DNA from: a virus
Taxonomy: Duplodnaviria; Caudoviricetes
Strand: one strand, 5' to 3'
Length of the DNA: 64,000 bases
Virus record (IMG/VR): IMGVR_UViG_3300033067_000113
Span: 9,199-73,198 of that record
This document shows positions 9,319 through 21,300 of the stretch, one piece after another; within the stretch, counting starts at the first letter, position 1, and each line of letters starts with the position of its first letter. The notes beneath the pieces were generated by a model. The model made no database searches and was not told the DNA's origin. It was given only the letters and a program-made list of their open reading frames with translations. A program made the translations under genes and the position numbers.

Positions 9319-12300
9319 TTATCCTCGGTCAAATGTTAGTGTTGCATTGTCCATTGAAGTATTATCACCGTCAAAGGTTGCGTTTTCTCTATATTCAATG
9401 CTCTTAAATTCACTGTACCAGATACCCGGTGTGTCTTTTAAGAACTTTGCAATTTTTGTATCATCCTCTTGGATGTTTACTGTACTATCCCAAGAACTAC
9501 CTTGGCGTTTAACTATTGTAACTCGTGTACCAAATGGTGCGACTTCTGTTAAGTTAATTGCATTTTCTGTTGTGCTGACTGCAAATTCTGCGGCAAACTC
9601 AACATCCCCTTCTGGGCTTTCAGGCGCCTGTGTAACACTGTAAAGAACATATGGATTCTTCTTCAGTCTAGTTCCGCCTGCAAATACTTCAACTGCATCT
9701 TGCGATAGAAGTGCAGCCGCCGCTGAGGATAAAGTAGTACCTTTGTAGGTCCATGTGTTATCAAGTGCAACTGTAACTGATGTTAAGTTAATAGTATCAG
9801 TGCCAGTAGATATAACATTTTCAATCATAGAAGTTTCTACATATGGAACTGTTTCACTTGGTCCAATGTCTTGGACTTTTGATCCAACTGGATGAACTGT
9901 TGGGGTTCCAGTACCGAGTGTACCTCTGCGTAGTTGACTCAATATGTTGCCATTGATTGCAAAATATTCAATTCGTTCGCCACGAATCTCTACTACGCCT
10001 GGCTTATTTTTAGCAGGGTTAGGGATGTCAAAGTTACTTGAATCTACTACCTCAATTGTTAAATCATTATAACGCAATGCTCTTACTAGCTCCGTTTGTT
10101 TATTTAAACTCAAACGCTTAAAGTGTACACGATTCAACATATCTTTGAACTGCATGTATGCAATACCAGCTGATAGTACATTGCTACCAAAAGTTACAAT
10201 AGAAATTCTATCATCGTATACAGGGTTAATTGCTAACTTGATCGTTGACAAGTCTGTTAACAATTTAAAATCAACGCCTGGTACTAGTAACTCACCGTTC
10301 TTAGTTACCATTACATAGTAGTCATTAATTACTGCACGGTCAAGTTTAATACGACCGCCAGTTAAGCCAGTATAGTCGTAATATTCTAATGTATCAGGCA
10401 CTAATGCGATGTCTGACTTAACAGTGAATCCGCCGCGTTGAATATCTAATATATCGTGTTTGTAGAAACTAGTAACTTCTAAAGTACTACCAACAGTATA
10501 TGAATCAGCAAGAACAATCTTTGCTGATGCTAGTGAAGTTGCTGGTACAAACAAGTAACCGCTATTGCTTCTAATGCTGATAATTAATTGCTGTCCGCTA
10601 TGTTGTGCATACACTTTCTTGTTAATCTTAATGCTGATACCGCCTAAGTTTGGAATGTAATCAACTCCAGACACTAATAAAGTAGAACCAGCAATAACTA
10701 CCAAGTCAGTAATTTCTACGCTGTAAGGAACAAAACGCTTTGGATCAATTTCGTAAGTTAGTCGATTACTCTTAATTGTAAAGTAAGTGTTGTTTGGACC
10801 GTCAAGTACTACTTGACCAACTTTAACAATCATGTTAGCTTCAATCGGTAGTGAATCACCGTAGCTGTTTTGTAAATTGTATTCTAAAGACTCAGTTACT
10901 TCAAATCGTTCTGTCTTAGTAACAGAGTAAGATTGGTCTGCACCGCTTACAATTACAAAATTAATAACAGAATTAGCTAGTGGAGTAATAGGGAATCTAA
11001 TACCTACACGATTAGCAGAATCGTATGTGTCATCTGTTTTAAAGAACTCGACATCAGTTTGCTCACCGTTAACATAAACTAATCCGTTCAATGCTGTTAC
11101 CCAAGGTGCTTTAGTAATGAACTCAGATGTTAATCCGTTAGCAATAAAGTAATCTAAGTCAAGAATGTTTGCACCTGCAAATCCAAAACTTAACAATGAC
11201 ACCACTTTACCTGCATCAGGAACTGCGTTAAAGACTACAACCTTTCTTTGATAGTCAACTGTGTAGTCGTCTGTTTCGTACATGATAGTATCGCCAACTT
11301 TAACAATTACAGCTTGCTTGCTATTAGGTTGCTGTGTTAATGCAAACTCAGCATCAGTGCCGTTAGCAACATAAGTGTCAACTTTAAGTTGAGCTGAACC
11401 GCTATTTGGTCTATCAAATACTTTAATTGCAACTGCGTCAACAACTTGCCCAGGTACAACTTCTTCAGTTGCAGGACTACTTGTTGGAGTAACAAATCCG
11501 TCGCCGTCTAAGATAATGTCATCTGCTGACAAACCAGTTGCTGATGAATATGCTAGATCGCCGCCGCTTAATGCAGTATCATAGTCTGCTTCTTGAGGCT
11601 TAATCGATCCGTCACTAGTACTCTTACGGAAGATAAACTGATCAGTTGCGCCAACTGTAAACTCACTAGGAACTGTAATTGTACTGTTAATACCGTCAGC
11701 AATATAAGTATCCATTACATTATCAACACCGTCAATACGAACTGGTCTTAGTAATGATGAAATCTTAACTGTGCTACCTGCTGGAGCTGGCTCAACTAGT
11801 ACAAGAGTTCCGTTACCATAGATAGTAACATCAGTCGGTTCAATCAATGTTCTAGTAAAGATTAATGATTCGCCTGCGACTAAATCGTCAAACAATATTT
11901 GACTTAATTTAATCTGTGTGCCGTTAACTACTGACAATATAGTTGTGTCATAACCAAATACACCGGTTCGAGTTGCAGTAATGACATCACCTGCTTTTAG
12001 TCCAGTGGTATCATCAATAGTAATTGTTGAAACGCCGCTAGTGTTAGTACCAGCATCAATAGTAATGACTACTGTTACCACTGGCTTAACATCAAGAATG
12101 TTATAAGTGTAAGTTGTTTCTACACCGTCAGATAAGTGTTCATCAGTGTTGTACTTAACATGGTATGCGTTGATTTCTGTGCCGGCGGCTGGAACATATG
12201 GTAATTCAAACACATGATCGTCTGCAGAAACTGTTACAATGTAGTCGTCGAATGTTGGGTCAAAGCTGTCCCACTTATCTGAATAGTAAGGTAATGTTCC

Positions 12301-15300
12301 CCAGCCTGCGCTTACACCAAAGTCTAAACCGCTGACAATTACGCCACCGTAGTCAACACCAGTCATTAACTGAGATAGGTCTTTACCTAATTCTCCGCTA
12401 GCTGGATTGTAGTAGTATTGGATTCTATCTGCCGCACTAAGCACTGACCAATCTTTAATATATGTTATTGAGATAGGAGCGTCTTTTGCTACAGGAGCAG
12501 TAAACTGGATTGAACCTGAATAGCTAGTATAGCCTCTGCTAGTAGACTTAACTGTAGATAGCTTATAGTTGTCTTTAAGAACCTCAACGCCGTTGACAGT
12601 TACGCTTGATTTACCGTAGCGTGTATCCGGAGCCCACTTTAGAGGCCACTGTAGTCTTGAACCAGTGCCAGTAAATGTTTCAGTTTCTTCTAGTTGTGTA
12701 ATAAAGTAAGTTTGAGTAATACGATCAAACTTCATCTTAATGTAGTTAGAACGAATTACACTTTCACCAATGTAAGCTACTGCTCTAGCATCTACGCCGC
12801 CTTCGCTTCCTAACCCGCCTTCAATAACAACTTGGGGAGTGCTTAAATATCCTGATCCAGGTGTTAGTAATACAATGCGATTAACTCGACCGTTGCTGAT
12901 AAATGCACGACCTGTTGCGCCTGTACCTGTGTCGCTAACAAACTTAACTACTGGAGCATTTGCATAACCTGATCCACCGTCTACTAGAATTAAATCAGTT
13001 ACAGTAAATCCTAAGTTATCTTTCCAATGCTTCCATGGATAAGAATTAATAGCATCGTTATCTGATACAACCGCACCTTCAAAGATGCTAGTTGCAATTG
13101 GCAATGTAGTCTTGTTTTGATACACTGGCATTAGATCAAAGTCAGTCATTGACAACGCACTGTTGTCTAGTGTTGAATAACCGCTTACATACTCTCTAAC
13201 CTTAGTTCTATAAGGCTTAACTTCGTTAATGTACTCTTCGTAATTTTCTAAGTTATCATTGTTATAGTTAACTAACTGTCGTAGGCTACCAGTGTTGTGT
13301 TGTGCTTTTACAAAACTTGTCTTGAATACCCAATCTACAAAGTTCTGTTCTGAAAGAACATAGCGAACACTTGTAAAGAACAAGTTTAGATATTCAGAGC
13401 GCAGATCATCAATTAAGATATCATCTCTTAACGCTGTGAGTATAATGCGTAACTCTTGGCTTGCTCCGTTATCAAACATGCTTCCATCATACAACGAACC
13501 GTCAAAGCCGTAAGTTGTATTAGTAAAGGTGTAAATTGTCTTGCTCAATTGGATAGTGCCGTCTTGGCTACCGACAACTTTATATTGCTGTGTCCAGTCA
13601 ATACTGTCAACATCTGCATACTTTTCTAATAGAATCCAGCCGCCAGCATTTGTTGTTCTAACTTTAACAACATTACCAATAGAGGCTGCGATATTGTTAA
13701 GTTCAACAAAGGTGTCAACTGAATAGTTAATAGCAGTAAACTGACTGTATCCAGTAGCATACCAATCAGCATAAGTCCAGTATCTACGAGTGTCGTATGA
13801 TTGTGACTTAATTCTAGACCAAGTTAAAGTAGTAGCATCATAAGAGTGAATACTCCATGTACCGTTTGTACCAGAATCACTTCTTACTAATACACAATAA
13901 TCACGGACTGCAAGTACAGTAGAATCAGCATAGCCTTTACCACCAGAAACAATAGTAACTCCAGTAATCTGGCCTTTAGCATTAATGATTGCTTTTAATA
14001 CTGCGCCTGAACCTGAACCAACTACTGTAATTTCAGGTGCAACTAAGTAGCCGTTGCCTTTAGCAACGATAGTAACACTAGCAATTTTACCGTTAACAAC
14101 TACAGGTGTTAATGCTGGTCTAACAAAAGACCCAACGCTAGCAAATCTTAGTTCTGCATCAGTGTCTACTACAGTGTCATAGTATCCGCTGGCAATGTTT
14201 GGTTCTGCGTCATAGCTTGATAAGTTAGCAAGACTTCTAGAATTAACAATGTGAGTGTCAAGTAATGTGAAGTTAGCACGCTCAACAAATTGTTTTAACG
14301 CTTCGAAGCGGTTAACAAACATACCTTGGCGTGGACGATTTTCAACACCGTATCGTAGCTTAGGTGCAAGTGCAGGGTCCGGCACTAGTCTGCCTTGACT
14401 GTCTTTTCCGCATAGGCTGTCAAACCATTTATTTTCAATAGTTGCAGGGATTAGTGAGCTTGGATTGTTGCTCAGTAGCTTCCACTCACTATGAATGTTC
14501 TGATTTGTTGCATCATTGATCCAATACTCAACTGACAACACTACATCTTTATCTTCTAATAAAGGTTGTGCATTGACTAAACTAAATGTATTTGATCCAG
14601 TTAGTGCTAAGAACTTATATCCTTCACCTCTTGGGTTACTGATTAGGTCAGCAATATCTTGTGCAGACTTAACTCGGCTGTTGATAGCAGGAACAGTCTT
14701 CTTGTTCTTTGCCCAGAAATAGTAAGTGCTCTTATAAGTCTTGCTGATGTTGTCGTAACGGCGCTTAACACTATAGCTAGTGCTGCCATATAAACTAGTT
14801 CCGCTGATGCCCTTAGTTAGGCCCTCTTCAGTATCTGCTTGTTCATCCCATTGCGCTGGAGTTAGTGTAGTTTCAACCCACTCATAAACATCAATGCTTG
14901 CGCCAGGGAATAATGTGTTCCAATTGCTGTTTCTATAAGTTAGTTCATTGTCATATGCATCAATGAACTTAGCAGTTCTTAGATCCCACCATAGCATACC
15001 AACTTTAGATTTAGCCCAAGCCATGCCGTCGTCCACATTAACTGTGTCGTCACCTACTGAGTAGATTGCAGGATCGTAGAATGTCTTGTACTTGATTTCT
15101 TGTTCAGCAATGCCTGGAATTTTTCCTTGAACTGGGTCAACTACATCTAAGTAAGTAACAATTTTGTTAGTCACTCGGTTGTATAAGAATGCCTTCTTAA
15201 CTTTAGTTAGATCAGGCTTTGAAATCTCGCGGTGGATAATATTCCAGCTACGAGCATTAGTTGGCTTTCTATATTCATACACTTTACCTGATACAAATGT

Positions 15301-18300
15301 TTGGTCAAGTGCATAAGGTGCGCCAACGACAATGTAATTACCTGCTGTGGCAAAGCCTGAGCCGTAACCGTCGCCAGCACTTGATGGGTTAACTAGCGTT
15401 TCGCTATAGATCCATTTAGTGTCGTAGCGATCAAAGATATCAACTGTGCCGTTATCAACTTTTGTTTGTTTAAATTCAGTAACACGCTCGTCAAAGAATG
15501 TTGTGTTAGCATCAAAAGTAACTTCAGATGTACTGTCTGCATTCTTGCTGTATACAACTAATGTTTCAAAGTCGTTTAAGAATGCAATCTTAGTGCCGAA
15601 GTGACCAGATGTTTCCGGTCTAGTGCTCTTGATAGTTTGGTATTCAACATACTCGCCGGCAACTAGTTCGTATACTTTTACTACACCTTCATTTAGCTTC
15701 TTGTCATCGGCAAGTATTGACGATATTGCAATGTACTTGCCTGATGAACTGATAGCAGTACTCTGACCAAAGTAAGTGTCAGTGCCTGTGATAGTCTGTA
15801 ATAGATTGTAAGAATCATTTGCTAAGTCATAGACAAACACATTACCAGGAGTAGTTGTGCCCGGAGCAGAAATTAACAATCTGTTAGTTGCTAGACTGAT
15901 AGAAATTAGTTCTCCAAAATTTTGATTTGGGCCAACTGGTGATTCGATTGTGTTATCTGCATACTTCCAACCTGTAGAATAAAACTCTAAAATTCCGTCT
16001 GGAGTTGAGCTAGGTGCCTTGTTCAACACTAGTTTTGTAGAGTTAACTACAAGACCAACAATTTGTGTTCCGTCAAAGCCGGTACCACGAACATACATGC
16101 CTGGAGTAATACCAGCAGTGCTTGAAACAATTAAAGTGTTTGATGTACTTCCAACAGGGTTGTAATACGGTGTTGCAGAAATTGTATCACGATAATTTAC
16201 TTGATAAACAATACCAGTGTCAGACGCATAACCTGCGGCGCCAACAAATAAGGTGTCGTTGCCAAATGCTAAACTTGATCCAAACTGTTCTCCAGCAACT
16301 GGTGTTGGGCTTAAGAATGTAGTTACTAGACTATAGATATTGTTCTTATCTTTTTCATACAATGAAACTACACCATGAGATGCCAGTGTCAAGTTAGTAC
16401 CGTTAACATCAACTTGATTTAGTACAGTTGAGGAAATAGTAGTAACACACGCATATCCAACTCTTGGAGAGCCAACTGCTAACCAGCGGCCATCTTCACT
16501 TGCAACAACAACTTCTGAAATTGCTGATAGATCGCTATTTGGATTAATACCAAACGAATTACTCTTAGCAATGAAAGGTTGAACAATAGTTTGTCTTTGA
16601 ATCCAAGGAGCATTTTGTCCTGGAGTCTTATCATAAACTACAATCTCGCCTTTGTTTGTGCTAATGCCAATGATATTTGCGGCTGCGTTTAAATTAATAG
16701 AGCGACCATATCCTAGGCTTTCAGCAGGGTTAGTATTACGCAACACAGTTGATGTAAACACTGCATTGTATTTCCAAGTTGCCCAAGTGCCGTTACCTGA
16801 ATTATCAGTCCATAGCAATTCATTCTCTAGAATGTCTGAGGGGATAACTTCGTTAGCAAGATCAATCGACGAGATGCGCTGTGTAGTCAAAGCATAAATT
16901 AAGATTGACAACTGCTCTGTAAACGGTGTCCAACCTGCAACTGTAGCATCAACTGTAAACTTGTTTAATGTCTTTGATTTAATCTTGTAAAATCCGCTAA
17001 ACTTTTCAACATTGCTGATTGCAATATAAGACCCAACTTCTAGATCAATTAGTTTAGTAGATGAGATTGTTAGTTCTTTTGCACCAGAATCATAAGTTAC
17101 ATCAAGCACATCAATAAAGGTAGGAGTGTATCTGTAAACATTCCAGCTTGGACCGTCAGTACCTGCCCAGATGTAATTACCTACAACGAATCCTGCATTA
17201 GATGCTGTTAGAATATCGTCGATGTTGCTGACAATCAACTTAACTTCGTCGGGACGAACATATCCCGGAGTGCGAAGGAAGGCCTTGTAATCAGCAACTA
17301 ACGGCCATGGATTGTTATTATAGCCCAATGGCTTTAGGTAAACATCTGTGGGAGTTTGACGATAGACAAAATCTACTTTTGTTTTATCAATAGTATTAAC
17401 TAGCTCAAATGCTTGAGGATTGTTCTTAAACTCAGCTTCGTCTAAAACAAATTCAATGTTTTCAAAGCTAGCATTGGCACCGTACTGACCTACACGCAAT
17501 GCCCATTCTTCGTAGAAGTCAATGCTGTCAGTGCCTTCGGCACTTAGTACATCAAACAATTTATTTAAACTGTTTTGTGTACCTTTCTCAATAATCATGC
17601 CTTGGTAGAACTTAAACTCGCTTACATCATCCTTAATGATGTTTGACAAGTACTGACGCTTTTGATAGCCAATTAAGTGCTGGGCCATTTTCTGTTGGCC
17701 GGCATCAAAATTATCACTGTCTAGATCATAGAAGTCTGTAAACTGTGCAGCCTTGTATGTCCAGTTAGGCAATAGTTGTGCTGTTGGTTTTTGCTCTAAG
17801 CGGTACCAGCTAGTTGCTTCAAACGCTGAAGTGCCTGGTGTAAATGCATTAGCAGTATAATAGAATTCTTTGTACTTAACAATATCGCCTAGAGAATAAT
17901 CTTTCCACGCTTCCCAGTCTTCAATTGTTGCTTGGTCAAAGATAAAGCCCGGTGCATCAAATGCACCTTTCCAATCAGTAGTCACATAACCTGCAATTTT
18001 AATACGGTCTTGTTTGTAACCGCTTGCAGGATTATAGATAGTATCGTTGAACATTGTGCTGTTGTTAAGCAGTACAACTTGTTCTTTCTGTACCAAGTAG
18101 AATGTTGCACCGTAGATGCCGTCTTCTCCCTGTGGGGTGTAACTTACTTTGTTATCGTCTCTGTATGAATTTAAGAAGTTTGGAGTAATTGGGGTCCCGT
18201 CGGCTTTAAAAATCTCGTAGCCGTTGAACGGATTACGGATATCATCAACTACGCTGATAGGTGCGTTGAATGTTACTTTCAATGCACTTGGGCTTAGAGA

Positions 18301-21300
18301 AATAACAGAACTACCTACAGTATTCAATCCATCTAATTTAACAAAGTCATCTTCGATTAGGAACGGGCTAGGTGGAGATGTACGGATAGCACGGAAGTAA
18401 TCTCCGTTGTAGCGAACAATTTCCCCGAACTTAGTTTCAGTTTCAGGTAACCAGTCTTTCCATTTGTCAGATCCAGTACTCCAGTTCTGTGTCGTCCAGA
18501 ACATAAATTCTTTTGCACTAGTTTCCCAGTTAGCTACTGCGCCTAGGTTAAGGTTAAATTCGTCAAAGACAAATCCTTCGTCCTTTAACCACTCGCCGTA
18601 ACCTAATAAGAAGTCAACAACTTCTTGCACTGTTCTAAACTTAGTGCTGTAGGGAACAGTAATAGCTTCATCTCTGTTCCACTTTGTTCTAAAGTATGCA
18701 TCGCGTCCGCCAATGATTGGCAAACTTGGTAGAGTTTGATACTTTGAAATATCAAAAGTAGTTGCAACATGCAATACTTTCACTCGATAGTATCTGTTGT
18801 TATAGGCTACAATCTTGCCAGCGGCATATTGTTCACCTTGAGTCCACTGGCTGAAACTTTCCGAGATACCGCCAATGTTAACTACTCTACCGTCTTGTGT
18901 ATATGGGTAATATTTGAAGAACGGCTGAGTCTTGCTGTAGCCTTTAACTTCGAATCCATCTTCTAACTTAGTGATAATAACACCACTGTAAGTAATTTTC
19001 TTAATTGGACTTGAGCTATTAAGGATAATGCTGTAGTCTTCTTGAGGGATGAATACCCCTGCAGATGCAGTAGGGCTCTTGCTATCTAGTAGCAAGTTAA
19101 ATTTTTCTTTGCTAGTAAATCCGCCAACACGGTAACTAATTTGACTTGCTAGATTATCCATGTCGTAGACATAACTGTCAAACGATTTTAAGTTATCGCT
19201 AACAATGTAATCAGCAATATAGTTAATAATACCTGAAGTCTGTACTCGAGTTTTGCTAGAATAAATGCTAGGGAACACAACATCGCTAGGTGTAATTCTC
19301 AATCCAGTATCTTTGTAAACTAACTGTCCTGTTAGATCTCTAACAATTCGTGAACGGTCTAATAGTAGGCCAAAGATCTTCGATGGGTTCAATAGCATCA
19401 TTGTCAGTATCACAGCAAACGGATAGTGACTGCTTCTGCGCCATGTAGCTTCAATTGGGCTAACATCGCCGAATACAAAATCGCCTGCGGCACTAGGTGT
19501 AATTACACCAGTTGACATATTTGATAGTAGAGGACTAATTAAGTTTCCAGATTCGTCAACAGGAATACATCCTACTAAGAATGGTCTTTCAAATCCTGCC
19601 TTAATGAATGCCGGCTTGCCTGGTTCTCTTACAATACCTGCAGCCATGTCTTCCCATAGGATCAAGTTGTCTCTAGTATAAGGAGCAGGTCCATACACAC
19701 TAGTCCACCATGTTGGTTCTTCAAAGAATCCTAACATTTCCCAAGGGCAAATATTTGGACGGTCAGTATCTAACATCCAGCGATAGATACCTCTCCAGTA
19801 TCCCGGAGTTTCTCTACCATCCGGAGCAGCATGTCCGCGGTAGTTGTAAGTCATTGAGTTATTTCTGTCATAGCTCAATGGCTTACTAAAATCTCTATCG
19901 ATTAAACTTGTCCACTTGTAGAACTGTGGAGACAGTACTTCGTTAAACTCTGCTAACGAGTATTGTGTTTCTCTAATATAACCCGGTAAAAAGTCGTAGA
20001 TATTAAAGATGCTAGTATCATACTGTACTTTAATGTTATTGTAAATTCGTTTTTCTAATTCAAGAATTAGATCATCACGGAAGTCACCATACGCTAATAC
20101 TTGACTACCATCGTGACATTGGATCATTACACGCGGTGTAATCAAACTAGTGTCAGTATAAATTTTAGGTTCAAACTTTGGCCAGATGCCTAACTTGGTA
20201 GGAGTTGCTGGGATAAAACATCCGTCAGTGTTGTCATATTCGTAAACTGTAATAACATCACCGTTCTGTAGAGTTGCTAAAATTTCAACAAACCCTAGAC
20301 CGTCAAATGTATACTCTGTCCCGTACAATAGTTGTGTAGAATTTAGATACACATAGACTGCTTTGTTTGATAACTTTGTTAGATCAAAGTTTTCAGACAA
20401 CGGATATTTTTTATTTCTATAGTCAATAACTGTAAAGCTGTTAGCAACTTTAGCAGTATATCCTGCCATGTCACTAAAATAGTAAGGAGCAGTAGTTGGC
20501 TTGTCTTTGTTAATTTCAGCTAATACTAAATTAACATGTTCAACAGTTGCAATATCAACACCTAGTGATTCTGCAATAGTAATAAAACTTCGTTTAAATT
20601 TATTGTAGTCAGCTTGGCTTTGCTCAACCGCTCTAATAACATTGTTGTTATCAGAGGTAATGTGGTACATTGACAAGCTAGCTGGGCCGCTATGTTGTAC
20701 AAACTTAGTACCAAACTGGGTTACATTTCCTAAGTCTCGTAAATTGTTTACGCCTGGGTAAGACCCTTCAAACGCAACTGTGTTATCTACGATAGAGTTA
20801 ACATGATCGATAACTTCACCTAAAGTGAATTCGCTGATAGTTTCATTTAAAGGATTATTTTGTAAGTTGATTGGAATCTCATAATAGCCTGTGCTATTAA
20901 CTGGCTGTGCAGTGAAGGCACGGATTGTCAATACATCAGTAGTTGCAATGTCAGTAGTCAATACTACTTTTTTGTAATCAGGGCAAGTGGTTAATGTCCA
21001 TAGAGACTTATCTAAACGGATTCCGTTGACATATATTCTAACTTCTAAATCTAGTAGATTATTAACATCATCAAAAATGTCAATTTCAAAATTGTTTACT
21101 TTACCGGAATTTTTATAAATTCTAATTGCGGCCTGTGTATTCTTAGCACTGCTAATTTGCCATCCGTTAACATACGCAACTGCGGCTGACTCTGTAGACT
21201 TAACTAAGTGTCCAGCGGCAATTTTTTTAGTAACAATTTCTGCAACATCTTTGTACTCAAAGGTATCTGTTGCTAGGGCAAAATTGAATACAATGTCGCC